Assembly: GCA_963695555.1 (NCBI GenBank)
Contig: CAVOGR010000001.1
Span: 864,001 to 928,000, forward strand
Direction of reading: 5' to 3'
Length of the DNA: 64,000 nt
Origin: an uncultured Gemmatimonadales bacterium
GTDB taxonomy: Bacteria > Gemmatimonadota > Gemmatimonadetes > Gemmatimonadales > GWC2-71-9
Shown here: positions 50,506 to 61,500 of the stretch, piece after piece
Layout: each line of letters starts with the position of its first letter
Numbering within the stretch: position 1 is the stretch's first letter
Made by a program: the position numbers and the translations under genes
Notes under the pieces: model-generated
Databases searched by the model: none
What the model was told of the DNA's origin: nothing
Seen by the model: only the letters and a program-made list of their open reading frames with translations

Positions 50506-51349
50506 GGTGGAGACCCCATGCCGAGACCTCCTCCGCCAGGCCGGGGCCGCCCTCCGCCGGGCGGGCATTACCGCGCCTGAGCGGGAGGCCCGGTGGCTGG
50601 CCGAGGCGGTCTGGGGCGTCGGGAGTGCGGCTTTGCTGGGGGAGGAGCGTCTCCTTGGGCCCGGACAGATCGAGCGCTACCGGAATGCCGTGGCGCGGCG
50701 CCTGGCGGGTGAGCCGCTTGCGTACGTGACCGGGCAGGCGGCATTCCGCCATCTGATGCTCCGCTCCGACCGCCGTGCGCTCATCCCGCGGCCCGAGACC
50801 GAGGGTCTGGTCGATCTTGCGCTCACCCGCGTACCGGTAGGGCGGGCACTCGATATCGGCACCGGCACCGGCGCGATCGCGCTGAGCCTCGCCGCCGAGG
50901 GAGGCTACCACGACGTCGTAGCCACCGATCGCTCGCCTGACGCACTGGCGCTGGCCCGCGAGAATCGGTCACTCACCGGGCTCCGCATTGGGTTGGTATT
51001 GGACGATCTGGGATCCTCGCTGAGGCAGGCCTCGTTCGACGTGCTGGTATCGAATCCGCCGTACTTGAGCGCCGCCGAGGGTGCCACACTCGACCGAAGT
51101 GTGCGAGATTGGGAACCGGCAGAGGCGCTGGTGAGCGGGAGTGACGGACTCGCTGCCACGCGCAGGCTCCTCGTGGAGGGGCACCGGCTGCTTCGGCCGG
51201 GTGGCTGGATCGTTATCGAATTGGAGTGTTCACGCGCCGGCCGTTCGGCCGAGCTGGCGTCGGCGCATGGGTGGCTGGACGTTGCCGTCCTCGACGACCT
51301 ATTCAACCGCGCGCGCTACCTCGTGGCCCGCAGGAGTGACAGCCCGTGA
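50498..51349 (+). CDS. prmC: Release factor glutamine methyltransferase
   Basis: GEPLAY, LIPRPETE, DIGTGTG, SNPPY; follows prfA. Confidence 0.95.
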   Translation: MREVETPCRDLLRQAGAALRRAGITAPEREARWLAEAVWGVGSAALLGEERLLGPGQIERYRNAVARRLAGEPLAYVTGQAAFRHLMLRSDRRALIPRPETEGLVDLALTRVPVGRALDIGTGTGAIALSLAAEGGYHDVVATDRSPDALALARENRSLTGLRIGLVLDDLGSSLRQASFDVLVSNPPYLSAAEGATLDRSVRDWEPAEALVSGSDGLAATRRLLVEGHRLLRPGGWIVIELECSRAGRSAELASAHGWLDVAVLDDLFNRARYLVARRSDSP

Positions 51350-51696
51350 TCTGGGAAAAAGCCAAAGAATTGGGACGACTGATCGGTCAATCACCTGAGT
51401 ATCAGACTTTGCGGCGAGCGGAGGCCGGGCTCAGGGAGGACAAAGAAACCGTGGCGAAGCTCGATGCCATCAAGACCTTGGCGGCCAAAGTGGACCAGGC
51501 GGTCTCGAGTGGCCAGATGCCCGATCAGGAGATGACCAAGTCCTATGAACAAGCGGTGCGCGAGTTGGAGCTGAGTACGTCGGGCCAGGCGTACGTTGTG
51601 GCGCGGGCAAACTTCGAGAAGGTGATGCTCAAGGTGAACGAGCAGATCGGGCAAGGCATGGAAGAGGGCACGGCCAGCAAGATCATCACCCTCTGA
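51346..51696 (+). CDS. YlbF/YmcA-like helical protein
   Basis: I.EKAKELG.LI.QSPEY N-terminus; 116 aa, all-helical; coupled on both sides. Confidence 0.72.
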   Translation: MIWEKAKELGRLIGQSPEYQTLRRAEAGLREDKETVAKLDAIKTLAAKVDQAVSSGQMPDQEMTKSYEQAVRELELSTSGQAYVVARANFEKVMLKVNEQIGQGMEEGTASKIITL

Positions 51697-52358
51697 TGAA
51701 AGTGCCCGGCTATTTCATCGTGGTGGAGGGACCGGAGGGGTCCGGGAAGTCCACCCTTGTCGCCGAACTGGCCGCGTGGATGGAGACGAGCGGGCTGAAG
51801 CCGGTCCGCGTGCGTGAGCCTGGTGGGACGCCGGTTGCGGAGGGCGCGCGCCGTTTGCTGCTCGACCCCCAGCTCGACGTCGCGCCCCTGGCCGAGGTCT
51901 TCCTCTACCTCGCAGCCCGGGCCGACCTGGTGCATCGGGTCATCCGGCCCGCATTGGAAGTGGGCGGCGTCGTATTGGCCGATCGGTTCGACCTGTCGAC
52001 GGAGATCTACCAAGTCGTCGGTCGGGGCCTCGATCGGGACATGGTGTTGGCGGCCAATCGGGCCGCAACCGGTGGGCTCAGGCCGGACATGACCCTGATC
52101 ACGGACGTACCGCCCGGTGTCGGCCTGGCCCGGCAGCAGCAGGGCCGGCAGGCGTTGGACCGCCTGGATCTAGAGAATCAGGCCTTCCACCAGCGTGTCA
52201 TCGAGGCGTACCTGGCGGTCGAAGGCCCCGGCGTGCGACATTTGGATGGAACCCTGCCGCCCGAGCAGCTCTTTGCCGCCGCCCGGGACGCCCTCGTGGC
52301 GGACCGGCCGGATCTTTTTTCGGGTCGGAACGTAGGGACAGAAAAGCAACGAACCTGA
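51696..52358 (+). CDS. tmk: Thymidylate kinase
   Basis: EGPEGSGKST, REPGGT, L..AARA, DRF..S..YQ. Confidence 0.96.
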   Translation: MKVPGYFIVVEGPEGSGKSTLVAELAAWMETSGLKPVRVREPGGTPVAEGARRLLLDPQLDVAPLAEVFLYLAARADLVHRVIRPALEVGGVVLADRFDLSTEIYQVVGRGLDRDMVLAANRAATGGLRPDMTLITDVPPGVGLARQQQGRQALDRLDLENQAFHQRVIEAYLAVEGPGVRHLDGTLPPEQLFAAARDALVADRPDLFSGRNVGTEKQRT

Positions 52359-52401
52359 GAGTCGGGCATGAGCGGCCCGCTCGCTCATGCCGGAGGCAAT
52401 C

Positions 52402-54036
52402 ATGAAGAATCGGTGGGGCATCATCGTACTCGTCGCCGCAGTCTCCTTCTTTACCGGAGGGTGGCTGCTGCAGCGGGGCGTCGCGAGCGACGGCAACGTG
52501 TACCAGCAGGCTCGTCTGTTCGACGACGTGTTGCACCACGTGCACGACTACTTCGTCGACTCGCTTGGCGAATCCGAACTCTACCAGCGCGCCACCACAG
52601 GAATGCTCGAGGGCCTCAAGGATCCCTACTCAGTGCTGTTGCAGGGTGAGGACTTCCAACGCCTGACGGAGCAGACCACGGGGAACTACGGCGGGCTCGG
52701 CATCCAGATCGATGTGCGCAATGGCTGGATCACGGTCGTGGCACCGCTGCCCGATACTCCAGCCGAAGCGGCAGGGGTACTGAGCGGCGATCAGATCATC
52801 GAGGTGGACGGGGTCTCGACCGAAGGCTGGTCGAGCGAGAAGGCCGTGAGCGTGCTTCGCGGCGAAGAAGGCACGTCGGTCGACATCAAGATACGCCGTG
52901 CCGGGATCGCCGAGTCGCTGCCTTTCAACTTGGCCCGGGCCGTCATCCACCTGCGCTCCGTCTCTCCCGGCATGCTGATGAGTGATGGTGTCGGCTACGT
53001 CGGACTGCGCGCGGTCAGCGAGACATCGGCCGATGAGCTGCAAGCGGAAATCGACAGCCTCGTCTCCCAAGGCATGAAATCGATGGTGCTCGATCTCCGG
53101 GGCAACCCGGGCGGGCTGCTGGACCAAGGCGTAAAGGTATCCGATCTGTTCCTCGACTCCGGACAGGAGATCGTCTCAACCCGGGGACGGGCTCGCGGGT
53201 CGTCCCGCGCCTACAGCGCCGAAGCCAAGCAGCGCTGGCCCAACCTGCCGATCGTCGTGCTGGTGGACGCGTGGAGCGCCAGCGCCTCCGAGATCATCGC
53301 CGGCGCCCTGCAGGACCATGACCGCGCGCTCGTGGTCGGCGTGCCCACCTTCGGTAAGGGTCTGGTGCAGACCCTCTTCCGGTTGGACGATGCCACGGCA
53401 CTCAAACTCACCACGGCGCGTTGGTTTACGCCCAGTGGACGAACCATTCAGCGGGAAGCACGGGACGCCGAGGATCAAGAGCGACAGGCGGAGATTGCCG
53501 CAGTCCATGACGGCGTGATGCCCGACTCCCTGCGGCCGGAAGGCGACACAACAGCCGTGCCGGAGTTCAAGACCGACGCGGGACGTATCGTGCGCGGTGG
53601 CGGCGGGATCGTTCCCGATATGATCGTACGGGCGGACACCTTGTCGGATGGGGAACAGGCGTTCTTCAATGACTTGGGAGCCAACCTCGCGGTCTACCGT
53701 GACGCTCTGACGAGCATTGCGCTCGAGCTGAAGGACTCCGGGGCGAGCCTGCCCGAGAGCTTCACCATCACGCCCGCCCTCAGGGCGCAGATGGCCGCGC
53801 GGTTGGTGGAGCGGGGCGTCGTCATCGATCCGACCGTGTACCAAGAGGCCCGGAGCATCATCGATGATCAATTGGGCTATGAGATTGCCCGCTACGTGAT
53901 CGGCCGGACCGCCGAAGTTCGCAGACGAGCGGCCAATGACCTGCAACTCCAACGCGCCCTCGTGTTGCTCGAGCAAGCCGGCTCTCCCCGCGACTTGCTG
54001 GCCAAGGTGGAGCAAGAAGCCCGAAAGAACCCATAG
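52402..54036 (+). CDS. C-terminal processing peptidase S41A with PDZ (paralog 1)
   Basis: GGAGG RBS at 52392; DPYS, DLRGNPGG, SASASEI.AG.LQD, TFGKG, TPSGR.I. Confidence 0.95.
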   Translation: MKNRWGIIVLVAAVSFFTGGWLLQRGVASDGNVYQQARLFDDVLHHVHDYFVDSLGESELYQRATTGMLEGLKDPYSVLLQGEDFQRLTEQTTGNYGGLGIQIDVRNGWITVVAPLPDTPAEAAGVLSGDQIIEVDGVSTEGWSSEKAVSVLRGEEGTSVDIKIRRAGIAESLPFNLARAVIHLRSVSPGMLMSDGVGYVGLRAVSETSADELQAEIDSLVSQGMKSMVLDLRGNPGGLLDQGVKVSDLFLDSGQEIVSTRGRARGSSRAYSAEAKQRWPNLPIVVLVDAWSASASEIIAGALQDHDRALVVGVPTFGKGLVQTLFRLDDATALKLTTARWFTPSGRTIQREARDAEDQERQAEIAAVHDGVMPDSLRPEGDTTAVPEFKTDAGRIVRGGGGIVPDMIVRADTLSDGEQAFFNDLGANLAVYRDALTSIALELKDSGASLPESFTITPALRAQMAARLVERGVVIDPTVYQEARSIIDDQLGYEIARYVIGRTAEVRRRAANDLQLQRALVLLEQAGSPRDLLAKVEQEARKNP

Positions 54037-54144
54037 CATATTGGTCTCGAGGAGAAGCCGGCGGCATTCCCGCCGTCCGTACACCAAGCCCAGGGAGCAG
54101 CCAGTGACGCCGCTACCCTGGGCGCTTGCCGTCTCGGGGGTGGC

Positions 54145-55008
54145 ATGACCGGATACCGCGTCGCAATCGTCGGTGCGGGCCGTATGGGGCAGGCCTTGGG
54201 TCTGGCCATGGCGGAGGCCCGCTACACCGTGGTGCTCCTCAGCCGGTCCCCGCGCACCCTGGCGCTGCCCGTCGCCATCGAGGTACACGACTGGGCCTCC
54301 CGGCTGGCGAAGTCGGAAGTCGTGCTCATTGCCACACCAGACCATGCCATTGAGACGGTTGCGCAACGGCTCGGCGGGGAGAACGCGATTGGCCCGGATC
54401 ATGCTGTTTTCCATGTGTCGGGCTGGCACGACCGGCGGGCCATTCGGGCCCTCGAAGGAAGCGGGGCGGCATTGGGTTCGTTCCACCCGCTTCAGGCGAT
54501 TGCGAGCCCGTCCCACGCGGCGGAACGCCTGGTCGGCGCGTACGTCGGAATCGAAGGCGATCCGCGCGCGATCGAGATCGGGATGCGCATGGCCCACGAT
54601 CTGCGCATGAACCCGGTGGAGATCCCGGCCGGCGCGAAGGCGGGCTACCACGCCGGTGCGACGATCGTGGCGAGCTACACGGTGGCCCTGATGGCGTTGG
54701 CGAGTCGCGTCGCGGAGCGGGCCGGGATTCGACCGGAGCTGGCCCAGCGATTGTACGTGCCGCTCCTCCGAGGAGTGAGCGCCAACCTGGCTGAGGGGAA
54801 TCCGGCCGCTGCGTTGACCGGCCCCATCATGCGAGGCGACGTCGAGACGGTGGTGGCCCACCTGGCCGAGCTGGCACCGGAGGAGCGGCCACTCTACCGC
54901 GCGCTGGGACGCTTTGCGCTGGAGCTGGCGAGGTCGAAGGGTCTGGACGATGCGGCTGCTGCTGGGCTCGCCCAAGCGCTGGCCGATGTCGAGGATGGCG
55001 ATGCGTGA
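54145..55008 (+). CDS. Rossmann-like + DUF2520 protein (PanG-type ketopantoate reductase-like)
   Basis: GAGRMG, TPD, H.SG, SFHPLQ, YHA, ALTGP..RGD. Confidence 0.88.
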   Translation: MTGYRVAIVGAGRMGQALGLAMAEARYTVVLLSRSPRTLALPVAIEVHDWASRLAKSEVVLIATPDHAIETVAQRLGGENAIGPDHAVFHVSGWHDRRAIRALEGSGAALGSFHPLQAIASPSHAAERLVGAYVGIEGDPRAIEIGMRMAHDLRMNPVEIPAGAKAGYHAGATIVASYTVALMALASRVAERAGIRPELAQRLYVPLLRGVSANLAEGNPAAALTGPIMRGDVETVVAHLAELAPEERPLYRALGRFALELARSKGLDDAAAAGLAQALADVEDGDA

Positions 55009-55088
55009 TGCCGCCCGAGGGCCCAGACGCTGCTCCATCCGGGAGGAGATACCAGCCCTTGCAAGGGCGCTGAATTGGAGGGCATACG

Positions 55089-56678
55089 ATGCGGCGGAAG
55101 TGGTTCACCGCCAGTGTGTTCGTGGCGATTCTCTTGGGGAGCGGCGCCTGGTTGGTGCAGGGGTCGATCCCGAGCGACCGGCCGGTCTACGACCAGGCCC
55201 GGCTGCTCGAGAGCGTCGTGGACCTGGTGGCGAACTACTACGTCGACTCCATCGGCGAGGGCGACCTCTATCAGCGCGCGGCTCGCGGGGTGGTCGAGAA
55301 GCTGAACGACCCCTACAGCGTCTTGCTGATCGGACCCGAATTTCGCCGCGCAAACGAACGGTCGACCGGTAACTACGGCGGGATCGGGGCTCAAGTCGAC
55401 GCGCGAGCCGGGTCGATTATGGTCGTCGCTCCGCTCCCTGATTCGCCTGCCGAGCGGGCCGGACTTCAATCCGGCGACCGCATCCTCGCGATCGACGGCG
55501 TCCCGACCCGCGAATGGACTCTACGTGAAGCCGCGACGAGCCTTCGCGGGCCTATCGGAACAACCGTCGTCCTCACGGTCAAGCGTATCGGACTCGACGC
55601 TTCGCTCACCCTCCCCGTCACGCGAGACCGCATCCACCGTCGTGGTGTCAAAGAAGGCATCATGCTCGATGACGGCGTCGGGTACATTTCCTACGATTTC
55701 GTGAGCGAGAACTCGGCCCGGGAGCTTGGGCTGGAGGTTGCGCGCCTCGCCGCGGCCGGCATGCACAGCCTGGTGCTCGATCTCCGTGGCAACCCAGGCG
55801 GGATGCGCGATGAATCGATCGCTGCGGCGGACCTATTGCTGGATCCGGGGGATACGCTGCTGGTGACGTGGGGTCGGGTGGAGAGCGAATCCCACGATTT
55901 CATCGACGAGTTTCCCCAACAGTGGCCCGACCTCCGCCTCGCCGTGCTGGTCGACGGTCAGTCGGCGAGCGCGGCGGAGATCCTGGCCGGAGCCGTGCAA
56001 GACCACGATCGCGGCCTGGTCGTCGGGGAGCCGACGTACGGGAAGGGATTGGTACAGACTCAGTTCCGGCTCGGCGAGGATGTTGCGCTCCGGATTACGA
56101 CGGCCCGCTGGTACACGCCAAGCGGCCGGTCGATCCAACGGGCGGAAGCCGATGTAGGGGTCGCGCACCCGTCCAGGTTGGACACTGGCCCGGTGGTGTA
56201 TCAAAGCTCTGGCGGGCGCACGCTCCAGGGTGGCGGAGGGATCGTCCCCGATGTGGAGATTCCGCGGGACTCGATGCCCGATTCCGAGCAGGCACTCGCC
56301 GAAGTGCTCACGCCCCATCTCGCGCTCTTTCACGACGCGCTCACGGCGGCCGCGCTGGACCTCAAGCGAGTCGGCACGGTCGAGCCCGAGGAGTTTGCCG
56401 TGACCGACAACATGCGTCGCGACATTCTGCGTCGGTTGGCGGATGCGGGGGTCGAGCTTGAGACCGAGACGGTTCGGCTCGGTGGATCGCTCATCGATCG
56501 TCAGCTCGGGTACGAGATCGCCCGCTATAATTTCGGGCTTGCGGCGGAAATGCGGCGTCGAGCCTTGGACGACGGCCAGCTCCAGCAAGCCGTCCGACTC
56601 CTGCGCCAGTCTCAAACGACCGAGGCGCTGCTCGGATTGTTGCCCCGGACCCGCGCCCACGCCGTCAACCCTGGCTGA
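55089..56678 (+). CDS. C-terminal processing peptidase S41A with PDZ (paralog 2)
   Basis: DPYS, DLRGNPGG, SASAAEI.AG.VQD, TYGKG, WYTPSGRSI. Confidence 0.95.
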   Translation: MRRKWFTASVFVAILLGSGAWLVQGSIPSDRPVYDQARLLESVVDLVANYYVDSIGEGDLYQRAARGVVEKLNDPYSVLLIGPEFRRANERSTGNYGGIGAQVDARAGSIMVVAPLPDSPAERAGLQSGDRILAIDGVPTREWTLREAATSLRGPIGTTVVLTVKRIGLDASLTLPVTRDRIHRRGVKEGIMLDDGVGYISYDFVSENSARELGLEVARLAAAGMHSLVLDLRGNPGGMRDESIAAADLLLDPGDTLLVTWGRVESESHDFIDEFPQQWPDLRLAVLVDGQSASAAEILAGAVQDHDRGLVVGEPTYGKGLVQTQFRLGEDVALRITTARWYTPSGRSIQRAEADVGVAHPSRLDTGPVVYQSSGGRTLQGGGGIVPDVEIPRDSMPDSEQALAEVLTPHLALFHDALTAAALDLKRVGTVEPEEFAVTDNMRRDILRRLADAGVELETETVRLGGSLIDRQLGYEIARYNFGLAAEMRRRALDDGQLQQAVRLLRQSQTTEALLGLLPRTRAHAVNPG

Positions 56679-56702
56679 GGCCGCTCGCCGGCCCCGACGG
56701 GC

Positions 56703-57359
56703 CTACTGATCAACAATCCGGACGCCGCTCGGGGCCCGGAACTCGAAGATTCCCTTGGGGAGCGCCGCGTTGAGCCGCGGGGCGGTGAGCGTGATGGTCC
56801 GGCTCGTGCCGTTGAGCTCTGTGAGTTGAACCCGCCGTGGCAACGCGCTTTCCTTGTCCAGCCAGACGACCGCCGCGCTGAACGGCAGATCGCGGTCGAT
56901 GGGATCCAACCCAATGACCGCTACCGGGTGCCCCGCCAACTCTTCGGAGCGGAGCAGGGTTGCCTGGTACCGTTCTTTTGGCCGGTCGAGAATCCAGCTC
57001 ATGACGTTGACGCCGTAGGTCGGCGTCTTGGCCAGCGCTATTCGGAGTACCTGCTTCGGCGCGGTGCTTGGGGTGTAGACCCAGAGGAAAGCACCATCGG
57101 CCACAATGGCCTCGTCGGGCGGATCGCGGAAGCGCATGGACAAGCGCGACTCGCCGGCCTGCCACAATTCGCCGCGGCTCTCGAACCGGCCGATCATGGC
57201 GTTGTCGATGACTTGAATGAACTCCGACTGAAGCGATGTCGCGGAGCGATATTGTGCCGCGGCTCGCTCGAGCAGGGGCCACGGCGATGGCGACTGGGGT
57301 GCTGCGGCCGCAACCTGGAGCGCGGCGGCCACGACGGCCATGGGCAACGCCGGGCTCAT
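56703..57359 (-). CDS. lolA: Outer-membrane lipoprotein carrier protein LolA
   Basis: Signal peptide; SEF.Q, IVADG..LWVYTP, LN..LP...FEF..P.GV.IVDQ C-terminus. Confidence 0.85.
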   Translation of the reverse strand: MSPALPMAVVAAALQVAAAAPQSPSPWPLLERAAAQYRSATSLQSEFIQVIDNAMIGRFESRGELWQAGESRLSMRFRDPPDEAIVADGAFLWVYTPSTAPKQVLRIALAKTPTYGVNVMSWILDRPKERYQATLLRSEELAGHPVAVIGLDPIDRDLPFSAAVVWLDKESALPRRVQLTELNGTSRTITLTAPRLNAALPKGIFEFRAPSGVRIVDQ

Positions 57360-58396
57360 GAGCGGACGGTCGCGGGCTCAGCGATGCGGCGCCCGATCGC
57401 CTCGGCGATCGAGCGGCACTGATGCATGAGGTCGCTGAATTGGGCCGGGTGGAGGCTCTGGGCCCCGTCCGACAGGGCATGATCCGGGTTGGGGTGCACC
57501 TCCACCAACAACCCATCAGCCCCGGCCGCCACGGCAGCCCGCGCCATCGATTGGACCATGCTCCGCCGCCCAATCCCGTGGCTGGGGTCGGCCACGATCG
57601 GCAGATGCGATAGCTCACGAATGACGGGAATGGCGCTCACGTCGAACAGGTTGCGTGTGGCCGAGTCGAACCCACGAATGCCACGCTCACAGAGAATGAC
57701 GTTGGGGTTCCCCTCCGCCAGGATATACTCGGCTGAGAGCAGCAGCTCCTCGATGGTGGCGGCGCTGCCCCGCTTGAGCAGGATCGGCTTCTCGGTGCGG
57801 CCCGCGCCCTTCAAAAGCGGATAGTTCTGCATGTTCCGGGCGCCGATCTGAATGATGTCGGCCACCTCGGCCACGGCGTCCATCTCACGCGGGTCCATGA
57901 CCTCCGTCACGATGCGCAAGCCGGTTTCCTGGCGAGCCCGGGCCAGCAGTGCCAAGCCGGGCCTGCCGAGGCCCTGGAACGAGTAGGGCGAGCTGCGGGG
58001 CTTGAAGGCGCCGCCGCGCAGGACGGTCGCGCCGGCTTCCCGCACCGCATGCGCCACGGTCAAGATTTGTCGTTCGCTTTCCACCGAACACGGGCCCGCC
58101 ATCACGACGACCTCTCGATCGCCGATGGCACCCCCGTCGGAGAGCTGGACGACGGTGGGGTCGGGATGCCACTCGCGCGAGACCTCCCGGTACGGCCGTG
58201 TCACATGGATCACATCCTGCACACCACTCAGGGCGGCGAAGCGCGTGCCGTCGAGCCGGCCGTCGTTACCGACGACGGCCACGGCCGTGCGCTGTCCACC
58301 CGGCAGCGTCTTGGCCGAGCATCCCATTTCCTGGATCAGGGCCACGACCAGCTGGATATCTTCTTCGGTGGCGCCATGACGCATCACCACGAGCAT
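57356..58396 (-). CDS. aroF: 3-deoxy-7-phosphoheptulonate (DAHP) synthase, type I-beta with N-terminal regulatory domain
   Basis: [47 protein letters not shown]. Confidence 0.95.
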   Translation of the reverse strand: MLVVMRHGATEEDIQLVVALIQEMGCSAKTLPGGQRTAVAVVGNDGRLDGTRFAALSGVQDVIHVTRPYREVSREWHPDPTVVQLSDGGAIGDREVVVMAGPCSVESERQILTVAHAVREAGATVLRGGAFKPRSSPYSFQGLGRPGLALLARARQETGLRIVTEVMDPREMDAVAEVADIIQIGARNMQNYPLLKGAGRTEKPILLKRGSAATIEELLLSAEYILAEGNPNVILCERGIRGFDSATRNLFDVSAIPVIRELSHLPIVADPSHGIGRRSMVQSMARAAVAAGADGLLVEVHPNPDHALSDGAQSLHPAQFSDLMHQCRSIAEAIGRRIAEPATVRS

Positions 58397-58567
58397 GTGC
58401 GACCTCGAAATCGGACGACTCAACTCACACGCCCGCCGGGCCTCGACCCGGTGGGCGTCTCGATTGTGGGGGCCTCGAGCCGGCTTGGCAAGTGTTGGCT
58501 CCCGAGCCCTCGAAGCCTACCACGGTCCTCGCGTGCTGGAAAGAGGCCTTTCGCGCGATCCCGGCTC

Positions 58568-61500
58568 TCAGGCGACCGCTTCGACCGCCTGGTGCTCGCC
58601 TAGGCGCACGCCGACCACACTGGAGACCCCAGGTTCCTGCATCGTGACGCCGTAGACCGCGTCGGCCGCCTGCATGGTGCGGGGGTTGTGGGTGATCACG
58701 ATGAACTGGCTCGTCTGCTTGAACTCATCCAAGAGCCGGGTGAAGCGACCGACATTCGCGTCGTCCAGCGGAGCGTCGACCTCGTCCATCAGGCAGAAGG
58801 GACTCGGCTTCGTCAGATAGATACTGAAGAGCAGGGACACGGCCACCAGCGTCCGCTCACCCGAGGAGAGCAAATGGATCCGCTGGGTGCGCTTGCCTCG
58901 CGGAGCTGCGTGAATTTCGATTTCGCTCTCGAGCGGATCGTCGAGCTCGGCCAGGCTGAGGCTGCACTCGCCGCCCCCGAACAGGGTCTGAAATACCTTC
59001 GAGAAATTCTGCTGGACGGCGTGGAACGTCTCCAAAAACATGGTGCGCGCCGTCGTGTCGATCTCCCGGATTGCCTGCAGCAGCGACCGCCGGGCCGAGA
59101 CGAGATCGTCCCGTTGGGTTTGGAGGAATTCGAAACGCTTGACCTCCTCGGCGTGCTCCTCCATAGCAAGGGGATTGACCGGCCCGATCGTTTCGAGGGT
59201 TTCTCGAATGCGTTCGGCCTCGGCCTCGAGGGTCTCGAGGTCGAGGTCGAGCAACTCCACGTCCTCACTCAAAGTGTCGAGCGGTCGTTTCCACTCGGTT
59301 TCCACTCGTTCGGTGATCCGACGCCGTTCAGCGCCCACTTCCGCCGCCTCGAGACGGAGCGCGTGGAGCTCTTCGTTCAGGGCTTCGGCCTCTCGACGCG
59401 CTGCGCCAAGCGCCTCCTCCGCGAGTGTGAGTTCCGCGTCCGCTCCGGAGAATGTCGCTTCCGCCTCGGCTGTCGCCGTCTCCAATTCCAACACGGCCAC
59501 ACGCCCCTCGGCCTTCGCCTCTTCCCACTCGGCCTGTTGAGCCGTCAGTCGCTCAGTGTCGGAGTCGATCCGGTGGAGCTCGTCGGTCAGGGCCTTGGCT
59601 GACGAATCCGCCTCGGCGCGCTCGCGCGCCAGCCGCTCGGCTGCCTCACGCGATGCGCGTTGTCGGGCGTCGATGTGGGCGATCTGAACTTGCCAATGCA
59701 CGCGGCCTTCTCGGGCCGATTCCAGTTCCGTCTCGAGTTCGTTCAATCGGGCCCGGGCCGCACCCAGATCTTCCTCGAGTCGAGCTCGCCCAACCGCACC
59801 AGACGTGAGTTCCTGATCGATCTCTGCCAGCCGCGTCTCCGCACGATGCAGGCGCTCTCCGACTCGTCCGAGCTCGGTTTCCGCCGTCGCCAGCTCGCGC
59901 TCGAGGCCCGCCGCGAGCCGAATGAGGTCCTCCCGCGTCGCTATCCCTCTGCGTTCTTCCTCCCGGGCTTCTTCCATGGTCTGGGTTGCTTGGGCCAGCG
60001 CCGCTTCGCGGGACGTGATGCGCGATACCGCAGCAGCCACCGTGCTCTCCGCGGTGGTGAGCGACAGGGTTGCCGCTGCCGCGACTTGCACCAATGCGTC
60101 GAGTTCGGCGCGACGCTGAAGCGGACCGGTCGGCCCCGCGGGCGCCGACAGCACGATGGCCCCGGTGGGATGACGCACCACTTCGCCTGCGTCATCGAGC
60201 ACTTCGGCCCCACCGAGTATGGCTTCGACCCACCGGGCCGCTGCCCGGTCCTCGATGTGGAGGCGGTTGTCGAGCGGTTGGCCTGAAGCCGGAACCGGCG
60301 GGACCTGATCGGCAGGGAGCAAGACCACGGTGCTGCCCTTGGAGGACGCATGCCACGCCTGGATAGCCGGCAGGCTAGCCGCATCGCGGATCAGGACCGC
60401 GTGCATCCACTCACCGAGAAGACGTTCGGCCAGCTTGGCATCGTCTTGCGAGGTCCGGATGAAATCGCTGAGGGGTCCGAGCACGGCATCGCCGAAGCGT
60501 GCGCGCGCGCCGAGCAAAGCAGCCGCACCGGGAGCGAGACCGACCCGGTCGCGCTCCAATTCCTCCAAGGCCTGGCGCCGGGCGGTGATCTGGGCCAAGG
60601 ACTCCTCGGCGCGCCTCCGGTCTGCCCTGGCCAAGGCCTCCTGTTCCCGCGCTTCCGCGACGAGGTGCCGGCCCCGTTCCGCGTCGCTGGCGGCCTCGCG
60701 CGCCCGCTCGACCCGCCGGTCGGCTTCACTCGATGCCTCAGCCCGCCGGCGCTCGATGGTGCCCAGCTCGGCCTCGGTCGCGGAGTGACGGGTTGTCGCC
60801 TGGGAGAGCTGTTCACGGAGTGTGGCCAAGTCCCCTTCGAGCGCCGAGTGTTCGCCCTCGAGTGAGCGGTGGGTCTGCACTTGCTGGTGCAGGCGCTCTT
60901 CGAGCTGGCGCACGTTGTCGCGTTGTTCACCGAGGCGCTGGCGGACCGCGTCCTCCGCGCTGGTTCGAGTGGTCAGCTCGCCATGGATTCGGTCGTGCTC
61001 CAGCGCGGCCTCCTGGAGGTGCTGGCTTGCCGTTTCCCGCTCCCGCTCGGCCACGAGGGCCCGGGACTCGAGGTCGGCGCGCTCCGCCTCGAGGCGCTCA
61101 CGCCGGGCTGCCGCGTTGGCCAGTCGCTCGCGTGCGAGCGCCAGGTCTCCATCGAGCCGCCCCACGTCGACCGAGGCGGCCGTGAGTCGGCGGGCGACCT
61201 CGGTGCGCTGCGTCTCGTTGGCCGTGCGCCGAGCGGCGCACGCTTCTCGATGCCGCTCCCGGGCTCCGAGCGTCGCCCGAGCCTCGGGCACCAAGACCTC
61301 CAGCTCGGCGTGCCGTGCCTCCATGCCTGCCGCGGCCTGGCGCAGTTGTTCCAGCTTCTTCCGGGCAAGGGTCACATCCACCGCGAGCTTTTCTGCCATC
61401 AGCTTGGTGTGGCGCTCGGCTTTGCCTCGCTGCCGTGCCAGGCTCCTGATCTGGGTTTGGACCTCGGCGATGAGATCTTCCACACGCTGGAGATCGATTC

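Noticed and set aside
54085..54110. SRP RNA (GGGAGCAGCC resembles domain IV)
   Set aside because: Lacks the preceding CAGG...GNRA tetraloop element.
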